DNA from: an uncultured Spirochaetota bacterium
GTDB taxonomy: Bacteria > Spirochaetota > Spirochaetia > SZUA-6 > Fen-1364
Length of the DNA: 64,000 nucleotides
Reading direction: 5' to 3'
NCBI GenBank assembly: GCA_963845535.1
Contig: CAWJSK010000012.1
Coordinates: 96,001 to 160,000, forward strand
Made by a program: the position numbers and the translations under genes. Below the pieces are notes generated by a model. It ran no database searches. It saw nothing but the letters and a program-made list of their open reading frames with translations, and was not told the DNA's origin. Shown piece after piece: positions 1-10,561 of this stretch; position 1 is the stretch's first letter; every line of letters begins with the position of its first letter.

Positions 1-405
1 CAAAGGCAGGTGATGGAAACCATCAATCGCGTGCAGAAGCAGATCGGCGCGGCGGTCATCCTGATCGGACATGACATGGGGCTCATGGCCCAGTTCGTCG
101 ACAAGGTTGCGGTCATGTACGCGGGAAGGCTGGTGGAGCTCTCCGGCGTCAGGGACATTTTCACCAACCCGCTTCACCCGTACGCCCAGGCCTTGATCTC
201 CAGCCTGCCCCGGCTGGAAAACAAGGGCGTGTTCCAGGGAATCCCCGGCCTTGCGCCGTCCCTCCTGCGGCTGCCCGGTGGCTGCGCCTTCCACCCCCGG
301 TGCCCCCGCGTCATGGAGAGGTGTCGGACGGACCGGCCTGACCTTCTGAGGCAGGCCGACGGCCGCGGCGTGGCCTGTCACCTGTATTCGAAAGGGACAA
401 CCTGA
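1..405 (+). CDS. Peptide/oligopeptide-type ABC transporter ATP-binding protein (DppD/OppD-like), 5' truncated by the window edge
   Basis: Frame is open from base 1; H-loop region LIGHDMG; C-terminal HPYAQAL and GCAFHPRC...C...VACH oligopeptide-ABC motif. Confidence 0.9.
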   Translation, partial: QRQVMETINRVQKQIGAAVILIGHDMGLMAQFVDKVAVMYAGRLVELSGVRDIFTNPLHPYAQALISSLPRLENKGVFQGIPGLAPSLLRLPGGCAFHPRCPRVMERCRTDRPDLLRQADGRGVACHLYSKGTT

Positions 406-1415
406 TGGCCGCCCTGATGGAGCTGAGAGGCGTCACGAAGGTTTATTCACGGGGCCTGGTGGCGCGAACCAGCACCGTCGCGCTCCGCGACGTGTCGCTC
501 ACGCTGAACCAGGAGGAGCCCACCATCATGACCGTGGCGGGGGAAAGCGGGAGCGGCAAGACCACCCTGGCCATGCTTCTCCTGGGCTTCATCCCGCCCA
601 CAAGCGGCGCCATCCTCTACAAGGGAAGGGATATCAGCAAGCTTTCGGGGAATGACAAGGTGACGTTTCGGCGGGAAGTCCAGGCGGTCTTCCAGGACCC
701 GTTTGCGGTCTTCAACCCCTTCTATACGGTGGATCATCTCCTGTCGGTTCCCATCCGAAGGTTCCACCTGGCAAAAAACAGGAGCCAGGCGAGGGACAAG
801 ATGGTGGAGGCGCTGACGGCAGTGGGACTTCACCCGGATGACGTTCTGGGAAGGTTCCCCCATCAGCTCTCCGGGGGACAGCGCCAGCGCATCAACGTTG
901 CGCGGGCTCTTGTCCTCAGGCCGCGCCTTCTGGTTGCGGATGAGCCGGTATCCATGGTGGACGCCTCCTTGCGCGCAAGCATCCTCGAAACGCTGCGCGG
1001 CTTGCAAAGGGACTATGGCGTCTCCATTCTCTACATCACGCACGACCTGACCACCGCGTACCACATCTCGCGTTCCATCATCGTGCTGTACCGGGGTTCC
1101 GTCATGGAAGCGGGAGACACGGACAGCGTCATCACGCGGCCGCAGCATCCCTACACCCGGCTGCTGATCGACTCCATTCCCTGGCCGGACGTCGACCGCC
1201 GGTGGGGAGAGACCGAGATCAAGGCGAAGGAAGGGGAGGCCGGGGACCACGCCCCCGGCTGCAAGTTTGCGTCCCGCTGTCCTTTTGTCATGGACAAATG
1301 CAAGGTCACACCTCCGCTTTTCCGCCTTGCCGAGCATCACGCCGCATCCTGCTACCTGATGGAGAAGCACCCGACGCTGGAGTCGACGCGGCTGTCCGAG
1401 CTCCTGCCGATGTGA
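405..1415 (+). CDS. Peptide/oligopeptide-type ABC transporter ATP-binding protein (DppF/OppF-like)
   Basis: Walker A GESGSGKT, LSGGQRQR, ADEPVSMVD, HPYT and GCKFASRC C-terminal motif; TGATG overlap with upstream gene. Confidence 0.92.
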   Translation: MAALMELRGVTKVYSRGLVARTSTVALRDVSLTLNQEEPTIMTVAGESGSGKTTLAMLLLGFIPPTSGAILYKGRDISKLSGNDKVTFRREVQAVFQDPFAVFNPFYTVDHLLSVPIRRFHLAKNRSQARDKMVEALTAVGLHPDDVLGRFPHQLSGGQRQRINVARALVLRPRLLVADEPVSMVDASLRASILETLRGLQRDYGVSILYITHDLTTAYHISRSIIVLYRGSVMEAGDTDSVITRPQHPYTRLLIDSIPWPDVDRRWGETEIKAKEGEAGDHAPGCKFASRCPFVMDKCKVTPPLFRLAEHHAASCYLMEKHPTLESTRLSELLPM

Positions 1416-1523
1416 CTGCCCGTCTGACGATCACGCTTGCGGGCACGCTTCGACCGCTTCGACCGCGCTCGTTGACCGCTGCATTCAAATGCGCAATACT
1501 CGGATCGGGTTGGAACGGAAGCA

Positions 1524-2477
1524 ATGGTTCCACGTTATTTCCAGAAAAGAGACGGTTTCAGAGGTGAAATCGCTTTCGTTCTTCCTCACGACGTGGTCAG
1601 GCTGTCGGCGCAGCACCCACTGACGCACTCCCTGCATGTCACCGACATCGGCTTCTACCCGGCGGCGAAATACCACTTTCGCGAACGAGATCGCGGCGCT
1701 CCCGTCGAAATCCTCATCCTGTGCACGGCCGGCACCGGATGGGTGCAGGTGCGAGACCTCAGGCTGACCGTCCATCGGGATGAAGCCGTCATTATTCCCC
1801 GTGACGTGCGTCACGCGTACGGCGCATCTTCTCATGATCCATGGACAATCTACTGGGGGCATTTTTCCGGAGACTGGTCGCGGTATTTCGTGAGCCGGTT
1901 GAAAGACCGCCATCTTGTCCTGCCGGTGAGTGAGACGGCGAGGAATCGGGCTGTCCAGACTTTCAACTCCATATTCGAGACTCTCCGACGTGGATACACG
2001 GCGGAAAACCTCATCAGCTCTGGGCTGGGATTTGCGGAGATACTCGGCGCGCTCATGTTCGCAAACGAGTCATTCCATCCGGACCTGGAAAATGACGCAA
2101 ACAGGCGCATCGATCTCACGATCCAGTACATGCTGTCCGCGATCGAGGAGAATCTGGACCTTCAGCAGCTTTCGGCAAAGGCGTGCCTCTCGGTTACGCA
2201 TTACTCAAAGCTGTTCAAGACGAAAACCGGCTTCTCGCCAATGGAGTACTTCACGCGGCTCAAGGTGCAGCATGCCTGCTATTATCTCGACTCCACAAAC
2301 TGGAAGGTGTACGCGGTCAGCGAGAAGCTCGGCTATGCTGATCCCTACTATTTCTCGAGGGTCTTTCATAAAGTGATGGGGATGTCACCGTACCAGTACA
2401 GGACCCGGCACCAGGGGCATGACATCGAAAGCCAGCCTGTGCGCGACGGGCGTGCTCGCGTCGAACACGGCGTTTGA
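1524..2477 (+). CDS. AraC family transcriptional regulator
   Basis: N-terminal AraC ligand-binding cupin (HAYGAS..PWTIYWGHF) and C-terminal double HTH (LGYADPYYFSRVFHKVMGMSP). Confidence 0.92.
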   Translation: MVPRYFQKRDGFRGEIAFVLPHDVVRLSAQHPLTHSLHVTDIGFYPAAKYHFRERDRGAPVEILILCTAGTGWVQVRDLRLTVHRDEAVIIPRDVRHAYGASSHDPWTIYWGHFSGDWSRYFVSRLKDRHLVLPVSETARNRAVQTFNSIFETLRRGYTAENLISSGLGFAEILGALMFANESFHPDLENDANRRIDLTIQYMLSAIEENLDLQQLSAKACLSVTHYSKLFKTKTGFSPMEYFTRLKVQHACYYLDSTNWKVYAVSEKLGYADPYYFSRVFHKVMGMSPYQYRTRHQGHDIESQPVRDGRARVEHGV

Positions 2478-2523
2478 GCGCGGATTCAAGGAGTCATGTG
2501 AGATAAACCCTGGAAGGCGCTCA

Positions 2524-3114
2524 TCAATCTTTGACGGGTCCGCCCATCTGAGCCAGCCGCTTCCTGATCGAATCCTGAGCAGCTTGGTCGTGGTCTCCCA
2601 GCTTTGTCAGCAACCATGACAAAGCTTCCTTCTCCGTGGGGTTCCCAACTCTGCGGATGGTGATCACATTCGCCAGAATGATAATAGCAGTGCTGCCCAT
2701 GGTCGTGGGAGTCTTTTCCAAAGCGGCATCGAGTTTGAAAGCGCCAAGGAAAAGAACATTCCCTTGGGCAGAAAGGTAAAGACTCTTCTCGTCGTGGGGC
2801 GAGTCCAGTTTGGTCATTGAGCTTCTGTCTGAAGGGTCATAAACGGAAATCCGTTCAACACGAAATGTCCCAAACGGCAGATGGCCCCAGAAGTATCCGT
2901 CCGCGCCAAAAGCCAAGTCCCAAAGTCCGCCTCGCGGGTCCGTTTGTCGAAGCTCCACGCTCCCGAGATGGCGATGGAGAAGCACCGAAGCGTCAACGAA
3001 TCCCACCACGACTGAGTTGTCGACCTGTCGGGGCTTTTCCCTTTGGGTCGAGGCGCAGCCCCCGACGCCAAGAATCAAAGATGTCAGCAGTAGTAATAAG
3101 GAGAGCTTCTTCAA
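2524..3114 (-). CDS. Hypothetical lipoprotein
   Basis: KK, hydrophobic stretch, then VGGC lipobox-like signal; no recognisable domain. Confidence 0.6.
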   Translation of the reverse strand: MKKLSLLLLLTSLILGVGGCASTQREKPRQVDNSVVVGFVDASVLLHRHLGSVELRQTDPRGGLWDLAFGADGYFWGHLPFGTFRVERISVYDPSDRSSMTKLDSPHDEKSLYLSAQGNVLFLGAFKLDAALEKTPTTMGSTAIIILANVITIRRVGNPTEKEALSWLLTKLGDHDQAAQDSIRKRLAQMGGPVKD

Positions 3115-3453
3115 CTCATTTCCTCGAAGAACGCCCAGCCGACCGACGGGAGGCGCCTCCTCTTTCTTGCAAACGCCTTTTGGTCCTGCTGGAGGAGAAG
3201 CTTCGCTATTGACTTGTCTGCGGGATCTGTTTTTTTTCGTTGCAAAACCTCCGCCACATCAATGCTGGCTGGACGGAAAGGGGTTGTCAATCGCCGCTAC
3301 GGACGAGACTATGCTCGAGATGGACAGCGCTCGCCTTTCGGGCACGAACACTCACTTTCGCGCCCCGCGCGAGGGTCGCTCTCAGTATGTCTCGTCGTCG
3401 ATACGACGAGGAAAGAAGTCAAACTGCCTCAGCAGCCCTTAGTCTCCTTTGAG

Positions 3454-3498
3454 TTGACGGTTGTATATGCTCATCGTATACATGATCTGGGATGAGCA
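3454..3498 (+). promoter_or_regulatory. Sigma70-like promoter with an overlapping inverted repeat upstream of the primase-helicase gene
   Basis: TTGACG (3454-3459), 17 bp, TATACA (3477-3482); TGCTCATC (3468-3475) pairs with GATGAGCA (3491-3498). Confidence 0.5.
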
Positions 3499-3501
3499 CA
3501 C

Positions 3502-6000
3502 GTGAGCGACTACCAAAATAGCGACAAAAGACGTCGAATACTCGCCGAACAGATCGCTCACGAAGAACAACGCATCTCGGAAATCCATGCCGAACTCGAA
3601 AGACGACGTGCCCATGTTTCCTCTTTCAAAGAACAACTGGCAGCCATCAAGCCAAGACCCGACGAACCGGCGGCTGTTGACGAACGCGCTACAACCAGAG
3701 CGACAAATCTTTCAAGCGAAGCAAAAGTGCAACTGTTTCGTTCGCTATTTCGCGGCCGAGAGGACGTTTTCGCGCGTCGTTGGGAAAGCCGCAGGACAGG
3801 AAAGGCCGGCTATTCGCCGGCCTGCGCAAACGAATGGGATCCGGTGCTTTGTGGAAAAGGAAGAGGTCCAGAAAGCATCCGAAAAGCAAACTGCCTCGAA
3901 TGCTGTGAGCACGCGTTCTTTCGAGTCACTGATGGGGAGATCGAGAAGCATCTGAAAGGCGTTCAAGTCTTGGGGATATATCCGCTTCTTGTCGACGAGA
4001 CGTGCTGGTTTCTGGCCGCAGACTTCGACGATGGCGCGTGGGAGGACGATGTCGCTTCGTTCCGTGAAACGTGTCGTTCACACGACGTTCCCGTTGCGAT
4101 CGAGCGATCACGTTCGGGTGGCGGCGCGCATGCTTGGCTCTTCTTCTCCGAACCCGTCCCCTCCAGCCTCGCGAGGAGTTTGGGGTGTTTCCTGATAACC
4201 GAATCCATGGCTCGTCGCCACCAACTTTCGATGTCGTCCTATGATCGGCTTTTCCCAAACCAGGATACGCTCCCCAAAGGTGGCTTCGGCAACCTCATTG
4301 CTCTTCCCCTTCAACGGGAAGCGAGGGCGAAAGGCAATTCGGTATTCGTTGATGCACTATTCACTCCCTACGAAGACCAGTGGGCCTTTTTGTCGAGTAT
4401 CCAGCGTATCGATTTGAATCGTGTTCGAGAAATCGTTCAAGAAGCCGGCCGTCGCGGCCAGGTGATGGGTCTGCGAATGGTCGATACCGAGGAGGAATCC
4501 GATCCCGCTCCATGGAAACGGCCTCCATCGGGATACGCGGAAAGGGTATCAATGAACGAGACCCTTCCCCGCGAAGTGCACGCTGTCATTTCTCAACGCT
4601 TATTTCTTGAACGAAACGGCCTTCCCTCTCCGCTTCTGAATCAAATCAAACGCCTGGCTGCCTTCCAGAATCCAGAGTTCTACAAAAGGCAGAGCATGAG
4701 GCTTTCCACTGCACTTACTCCCAGGGTTATTGCATGTGCTGAAGAGCTTTCCGAGCACATCGCTTTACCTCGTGGGTGCTGGCCCGACGTTGAGGCTCTG
4801 TTGAACGCATATGGCATTGCCCTTTCGGTCGTAGACAAGCGCGAGGAGGGCGCAGCGCTCGATTGCTCCTTCACGGGTACTCTCACCTCGAGTCAGGAGC
4901 GAGCCGCAAAGGCTCTCTTGGCTCGCGACATAGGCGTCCTGGTGGCACCTCCCGGGACTGGCAAGACCGTCGTAGGGATTTTTCTGATCACCATGCGGCA
5001 TCGAAACACGCTCGTTCTTGTTCACCGCAAGCCTCTCCTCGATCAATGGGTCGCACAACTTGCGTTGTTCCTTGGCAAAGAACCGAAAGAAATCGGCCAA
5101 ATCGGCTCTGGGAAAAACAGACCTACCGGCGAGGTCGACGTTGCGATGATTCAGAGCCTGATTCGCCTTGGCCGTGTAGCCGACCTTGTGGCTGGCTATG
5201 GACACATTATCGTGGATGAATGCCACCACGTTCCTGCCGTTTCGTTCGAGCGCGTCCTCTCAGAAGTGAAAGCCAGGTTTATCACGGGACTCACTGCAAC
5301 TCCGCGCCGCCGGGACGGTCAGCAGCCTATCCTTCATATGCAACTCGGTCCTGTGCGGTTCGCTGTCGATTCCCGAAACAAGAACGTGCAGCGCCCATTT
5401 GTTCAATCTCTCGTTGTCCGCGAGACCGAGTTCGCGATTAAAGAGCAGGCCGAACGAACCACTATCCAGAGGCTCTATTCGAGGCTGGCCGCCGATCAGG
5501 CGCGCAATCGTCTCATCTGCAAGGATGTGATCCAAGCCCTTGAAGACAGACGCTCCCCGATCGTGCTCACGGAGAGGCGCGACCATCTAGAAATGCTGGC
5601 TGATAGGCTGCGTGAGCACGTTCCGGATCTGGTCGTGCTCCATGGGAAAATGAAGACTTCGGCGCGTCGTGAAGCGCTTGCACACTTCGCCACGGTACCC
5701 GACGGCAAACCGCGCCTTCTCCTTGCGACAGGGCGATACATCGGCGAGGGATTCGACGACGCACGATTGGATACCTTGTTTCTTGCCTTGCCGGTGTCGT
5801 GGAAAGGGACGCTGATTCAGTACTCGGGCCGTCTCCATCGCCTGCATGCCGGCAAGACAGAAGTTCGGATATACGACTACGTGGACCGAAAAGTTCCAAT
5901 GCTTCTTCGCATGTTTGAAAAGCGTGTCCGTGGCTATCGGGCAATGGGGTACATTCGTGAAAAGAACGATCGTGAGACAGGGGAGTTATATGAGGCATAG
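3502..6000 (+). CDS. AEP-TOTE-type primase domain fused to a DEAD/DEAH (ResIII-like SF2) helicase
   Basis: Primase-like motifs CWFLAADFD, ERSRSGGGAHAW, YDRLFPNQD..GGFGNLIALPLQ; helicase motifs APPGTGKT, DECHH, TAT, GEGFD, QYSGRLHR. Confidence 0.85.
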   Translation: MSDYQNSDKRRRILAEQIAHEEQRISEIHAELERRRAHVSSFKEQLAAIKPRPDEPAAVDERATTRATNLSSEAKVQLFRSLFRGREDVFARRWESRRTGKAGYSPACANEWDPVLCGKGRGPESIRKANCLECCEHAFFRVTDGEIEKHLKGVQVLGIYPLLVDETCWFLAADFDDGAWEDDVASFRETCRSHDVPVAIERSRSGGGAHAWLFFSEPVPSSLARSLGCFLITESMARRHQLSMSSYDRLFPNQDTLPKGGFGNLIALPLQREARAKGNSVFVDALFTPYEDQWAFLSSIQRIDLNRVREIVQEAGRRGQVMGLRMVDTEEESDPAPWKRPPSGYAERVSMNETLPREVHAVISQRLFLERNGLPSPLLNQIKRLAAFQNPEFYKRQSMRLSTALTPRVIACAEELSEHIALPRGCWPDVEALLNAYGIALSVVDKREEGAALDCSFTGTLTSSQERAAKALLARDIGVLVAPPGTGKTVVGIFLITMRHRNTLVLVHRKPLLDQWVAQLALFLGKEPKEIGQIGSGKNRPTGEVDVAMIQSLIRLGRVADLVAGYGHIIVDECHHVPAVSFERVLSEVKARFITGLTATPRRRDGQQPILHMQLGPVRFAVDSRNKNVQRPFVQSLVVRETEFAIKEQAERTTIQRLYSRLAADQARNRLICKDVIQALEDRRSPIVLTERRDHLEMLADRLREHVPDLVVLHGKMKTSARREALAHFATVPDGKPRLLLATGRYIGEGFDDARLDTLFLALPVSWKGTLIQYSGRLHRLHAGKTEVRIYDYVDRKVPMLLRMFEKRVRGYRAMGYIREKNDRETGELYEA

Positions 6001-6266
6001 ACAACGGAGGCCGAGCCGCCGCGGTTCAACTGCCTCCCCCTCACGGCTCTATGGTGCTTGGCATCCAGGTCCGGCAGCCGAGCACCGTTAGGTCGGATGT
6101 TCAAGTCATCTCTGGGGCAAAGTAACTCCCGGCAAGGGCGCCTACCTCTTCGGATCCGATGAGCTAACCCAGAAGCAGAGACTCGAAGGGGCACCACGAT
6201 GATCCGCGAGCTGACCGCGTGAGTCTCTGCACAGGCACAGGCCAATACGCCAAGTCGAGCCTCAGG

Positions 6267-6372
6267 ATGAAGGTCGGGCTGGGGGCGCCCACGGCAACGA
6301 TCGCAAAGGAGGCAGGAGTCTCTAATGGGTCACTATTCACCTACTTCGAGACAAAAGCCGACTTATTCCTGA
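6267..6372 (+). pseudogene. TetR-family HTH remnant
   Basis: GLGAPTATIAKEAGVSNGSLFTYFETKADL is a TetR HTH; no proper N-terminus or ligand domain around it. Confidence 0.65.
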
Positions 6373-6506
6373 TCAATTCATCCGGTCAAGACCGGCATCT
6401 ACTACGGCGAGCGCGGGCAGTCGAAGCAGGGCTCCGCGCTCGTGCGGGACCCGACGTTTCAAGACCGCGTCGCCGCCGAGACGCGTGCCTTACTGGCGAC
6501 GATCAG

Positions 6507-7387
6507 TCAATAGGTTCCGTGCTCTATGTCCTCTAGCAAACTTCGATGGACGGGAGTCCAATTCAGCCGTTCGCGGGTCAGCCTGGTGGAGACCAGGTTG
6601 TCAAACCCGACGAACATTCCCAAAAACTCGAAGTGTTCGGCGGCCTTTTCCGCTGGAATCGAGACGGCGGGAACACCCACTTTCCGGCCGATGGCCTCGG
6701 CGATCTGGAGGAACGGTATCCCCTCATCGCCGGCGGCATGGTACCGGGAACCCGCCTCGCCTTTTTCCAAGGCCTTGACGAAGATCGACACGGCATCCAT
6801 TCGATGTACCGCGGGCCAACGGTTGAGACCGTCGCCGACGTAGCCGGAGACGCCCTTTCGACGGGCGAGGTCGATCAGCCGGACCGTGAAGCCGTGCGGT
6901 CGCCTTCTCCGTGGACCAGGGGAGACAGGCGGACTACCGCGCTCCGGACGCCTCGCGCGGCCATGTCCACCACGATCATCTCTGTGGCGCCCCGGGGGTT
7001 TTGACTGGAAGCGACGGTGTCCTCGGTAGCCCCAGGCTGCCCGGCGACCATAAGGGTTCCCGAAGCGATCACGAGAGCCCGGTGGGACCCTTCCAGAGCG
7101 GCACCCATGGTCTCGATCGCGCGGCGGTCGGTCTCGACCGAAGCCATGAAATTCGAAAAATCGTGGATAAACGCCGTGTGCATTACGCCGTCGGAGAGCT
7201 GGGCTCCCCGTTTCAACGATTCCAGATCCTCGAGGCTCCCGCGGTGGACTTCAACCCCCGCCGTTCGGAGTTTCTCCGCCGCCGCGTCGGAACGGGCGAG
7301 GCCGAGTACCCTGTGTCCCGCACTCTGAAGCTCGCGAACGATTCCGGACCCGATGAATCCCGTGGCTCCCGTGACGAAAACTCTCAT
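6507..7387 (-). pseudogene. NAD-dependent epimerase/dehydratase (atypical SDR) with a single-base frameshift near 6897
   Basis: [13 protein letters not shown] start; adding one base after VHGEGD restores [35 protein letters not shown] and joins ORFs 6875-7411 and 6507-6800. Confidence 0.8.
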
Positions 7388-8427
7388 GATCTGTCCTCCT
7401 TGCGGCCACACTGGACAACGATTTTCCCTACGTTATTGATCCCTCCCAGAAAGGCTTCGAACGCCCCCTGCAATGGCTGAGGAGCAAAAGGCACGATCTG
7501 CGTCACCACCGGCTTCAGCTTTCCCTCTTCATACCACACCAGCGCCTGCTTCATGCCGGCCACGAGCTTGTCGGATTGCGCGATATAAACCGGGTCGGTA
7601 CTGTATCGACCGCAGTCCGCGATCATCAGATTCGCCCCGCGGCGTTCAACAACGGATGTCATGTCTCCGATGCCGAAGGCCGTGAGTTGCATCGGGGTAC
7701 CAAGCCGGATGTATTCGCCCCTGGACGCCACAACCGCCGCCGATACCTTGTAAGAACCCTGGGAATAGGTCGAGTCGTAGACGACGTCCGCACCCCGTCC
7801 ACCGGTGAGGTTCATGATCTCACGTACGAGATCCTGCCCGGAGTAATCGACGATGTGGTCGACGTGAAGTCGCCCGAGAAGATCGAGAGATGCCGCCTTG
7901 CCGGCGCTGCCAATGACCTTCAGTCCATGGAGCTTGGCAATCTGCACTGCAAAGTGGCCCACACCGCCGGCGGCACCAGCAATGTAGATGGTTTTTCCTT
8001 GGTGTCGCCGGATGTTGCCGGTGATGACCAGGGACTCGTATGCGGTCAGAAAAGCAACTCCAAAAGTGCTGGCCTCCTGGGCCGGCACGGCTCCCCGAAG
8101 CAGCAGGTTGCCTTTCTTTGCGACAAGGTACTCGGCAAAACAACCGCCGGCACCCGTATTCCCGAAGACTTGATCTCCCACCTTGAGCCCACCTTCGCTT
8201 CCCACCTGGATGACCTCGCCGCTGAAGTCGAAGCCCAGGACGTAGGGCGCGGGAAGTTGGAAACGATTCACGTTGGCCATCATCGGGTCCATCTTGTTGA
8301 TGGACGCGTAGTCGACACGGACGAGCAGCTCGTCTTTGTTGAGGGACTCAATGGTTTTTCTTACCAGGCTTACTGGGGAACCCGGTTGCTCAATCGCGAG
8401 AGCGTTGAAAGAAAGCGGAAAGGTCAT
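7384..8427 (-). CDS. MDR-family NADPH:quinone oxidoreductase-like protein
   Basis: GroES-like N-terminus (ASINKMD, LGFDFSG), AGAAGGVG nucleotide-binding motif. Confidence 0.85.
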   Translation of the reverse strand: MTFPLSFNALAIEQPGSPVSLVRKTIESLNKDELLVRVDYASINKMDPMMANVNRFQLPAPYVLGFDFSGEVIQVGSEGGLKVGDQVFGNTGAGGCFAEYLVAKKGNLLLRGAVPAQEASTFGVAFLTAYESLVITGNIRRHQGKTIYIAGAAGGVGHFAVQIAKLHGLKVIGSAGKAASLDLLGRLHVDHIVDYSGQDLVREIMNLTGGRGADVVYDSTYSQGSYKVSAAVVASRGEYIRLGTPMQLTAFGIGDMTSVVERRGANLMIADCGRYSTDPVYIAQSDKLVAGMKQALVWYEEGKLKPVVTQIVPFAPQPLQGAFEAFLGGINNVGKIVVQCGRKEDRS

Positions 8428-8525
8428 GTCTCCTTCTCTTGTCTTGATTCGTACCGAGTCCTAATTTAGAGTCTCCCGGAACGACGGAAAAGACGTGACC
8501 TTATCGTAGGAGCAGGACTAACAGG

Positions 8526-9365
8526 ATGCCCAGGAACCACGATGACAATGCCCTGGGGAATTTTCTCAGGGACCGGCGCCGCAGGATCGACCCGGCCAGC
8601 CTCGGCTTCCCCACGACACGCCGGCGCACTCCCGGCCTGCGTCGGGAGGAGGTGGCCCTGCTGACCAACGTGAGCCCTGCCTGGTACACCTGGATCGAGC
8701 AGGGACGGGGCGGTACTCCTTCGACCGACGTCCTCGACCGGCTGGCACGGGGCCTGCGCCTAAGCGAAGCCGAGCGGGAGCACCTCTACCTGCTCGCCCA
8801 GAATCGGCCCCCCGAGGTTGTCCCCCGGGAACCCGAGGTGGTGGGTCCTGGGCTGCAGCACATCCTCGATTCGCTCGAGCTGAGCCCTGCGGCCATCCGC
8901 ACCTCCGCCTGGGACGTGTTGGCCGCCAACCTGGCTGCCCGGGTCATTTTTGGCCCAGGGAAGGTGGTACCTGATCGGTACAACATCCTGGAGAACTTCT
9001 TCGCCGGGGCCGACCAGAGGGGCAAGGACCTCGAACCGGCTTGGGCGGCGGTGGCCCGCACCGTGGTGGCCCAATTCAGGACCGAGGCCTTTCAGGCCGG
9101 CTTCGGACCTCGTGCTCAGGAAGTGGTCGAAGGCCTGGTCGGCAGCTCCCCTGAGTTCCAGCGACTGTGGAGCGGACTCGATGTGGGGCTTCACTTCGAG
9201 CCGATAAAGACCTTCGTTCTGCCTGGTCGGGGGCCCCTGACCTTCGAGTTAGCGACTTTTTCGGTCGACGGGCATCCCGGACTGAAGCTGGTGATCTTTA
9301 CTCCGGCAAACCACGAAGACCGGCTCCGGGTAAAACAGTTGTTGGACGAGTCAAAGGCAAGATAA
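8526..9365 (+). CDS. XRE-family HTH regulator with MmyB-like ligand-binding domain
   Basis: RRRTPGLRREEVA..VSPAWYTWIEQGRG signature; WDVLAAN PAS-like region; divergent from the oxidoreductase. Confidence 0.9.
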   Translation: MPRNHDDNALGNFLRDRRRRIDPASLGFPTTRRRTPGLRREEVALLTNVSPAWYTWIEQGRGGTPSTDVLDRLARGLRLSEAEREHLYLLAQNRPPEVVPREPEVVGPGLQHILDSLELSPAAIRTSAWDVLAANLAARVIFGPGKVVPDRYNILENFFAGADQRGKDLEPAWAAVARTVVAQFRTEAFQAGFGPRAQEVVEGLVGSSPEFQRLWSGLDVGLHFEPIKTFVLPGRGPLTFELATFSVDGHPGLKLVIFTPANHEDRLRVKQLLDESKAR

Positions 9366-9399
9366 GCGACTGCGCCCCGATCGTTCACCAGATTTCCCC

Positions 9400-9452
9400 T
9401 TGACAATCGGAACATAGTTCCGTATATTGACATACAATAGGAACATGGTTCC
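9400..9452 (+). promoter_or_regulatory. Promoter with two copies of a palindromic operator GGAAC-ATR-GTTCC
   Basis: TTGACA (9400-9405), 17 bp, TATATT (9423-9428); GGAACATAGTTCC 9409-9421 and GGAACATGGTTCC 9440-9452. Confidence 0.75.
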
Positions 9453-9519
9453 GCTTAGCTTCAATGTAGCATAGCGAAGCGGCGTTGACCACACATCGGA
9501 TGCAAAGAAGGAGATTACC

Positions 9520-10272
9520 ATGCCGAACAAACCCGTCGTCCTGATCACCGGATGTTCGTCCGGGTTCGGTCTCGAGACCGCCCGGTACTTTCTCGATCGC
9601 GGTTGGAAGGTCATTGCCACAATGCGCACGCCGCGTGAGGACGTTCTGCCGCGTTCCGAGCGTCTGCGCGTGCTCGCCCTCGACGTCACCGATCCGCACA
9701 GCATTCGTCAGGCCGTGGAGGCCGCAGGGCCGATCGACGTCCTTGTCAACAACGCAGGGATTGGCATGCTGAACGCCCTCGAAGGCACCACCATGGAGAT
9801 TGCCCGCGAGGTCTTCGACACGAACACCCTCGGTACGATCGCGGTGACGCAGGCGGTGCTGCCGCAGTTTCGGCAACGGAAGGCCGGTGTCATCGTGAAC
9901 GTCACGTCGAGTGTGACCTTGACGCCGCTTCCCCTGCTTTCTGTATATACAGCGAGCAAAGCGGCGGTGAATGCGTTCACCGAGTCTCTTGCGCTGGAGC
10001 TCCAGCAATTCAATGTTCGAGTGAGCCTGGTGCTGCCGGGACGGGCTCCGGAGACCCGCTTCGCTGAAAACGGAAAGCCCCGGATGCAAGGGGGCATCCA
10101 CGATGCCTATACCGGCCTGGCGCAGAGCGTCTTTGCGGAATGGGCGCAGTCGTCTGTGGTCACGCGGTCGCTGGACGTGGCGGAAGCGGTGTGGCGGGCG
10201 GCGACCGACCCATCGTGCCCGGTTCGCATTGCCGCTGGCGCTGATGCCGTGGCGTTGGCTGAGTCGGCCTGA
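9520..10272 (+). CDS. SDR family oxidoreductase
   Basis: TGCSSGFG, NNAG, YTASK catalytic motif. Confidence 0.92.
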   Translation: MPNKPVVLITGCSSGFGLETARYFLDRGWKVIATMRTPREDVLPRSERLRVLALDVTDPHSIRQAVEAAGPIDVLVNNAGIGMLNALEGTTMEIAREVFDTNTLGTIAVTQAVLPQFRQRKAGVIVNVTSSVTLTPLPLLSVYTASKAAVNAFTESLALELQQFNVRVSLVLPGRAPETRFAENGKPRMQGGIHDAYTGLAQSVFAEWAQSSVVTRSLDVAEAVWRAATDPSCPVRIAAGADAVALAESA

Positions 10273-10289
10273 CTCGAACGGAGGTACCT

Positions 10290-10547
10290 ATGCACGACAA
10301 ACGCGTCGCCCTGGTTACCGGGGCTAATCAAGGAGTCGGCTTTCAGCTCGCTAAGGAGCTCGTGGAACACGGCTTCACAGTGCTGGTCGGGTCGCGCAAT
10401 TTCGAGCGGGGCGAGGCTGCGGCCAAGAAGATTGGGCCGGGCGCCATCGTGCTCCATCTTGACGTGACAGATCAGGCCTCGATCGCCGCCGCGGCGGAAC
10501 GCATCCGCAAGGAGTCTGGCCGCCTCGACGTACTCGTTCAACGGTGA
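10290..10547 (+). pseudogene. Truncated SDR (N-terminal Rossmann part only)
   Basis: VTGANQGVG...GRLDVLV ends exactly where NNAG should follow; abuts the next gene. Confidence 0.75.
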
Positions 10548-10561
10548 TGGAAGAGAATGGC

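Noticed and set aside
5998..6093. Possible integron attC site after the primase-helicase gene (AACGG...CCGTTAGGT)
   Set aside because: The left end (AGACAAC) is not complementary to GTTAGGT, internal pairing is weak, and no integrase or second site was seen
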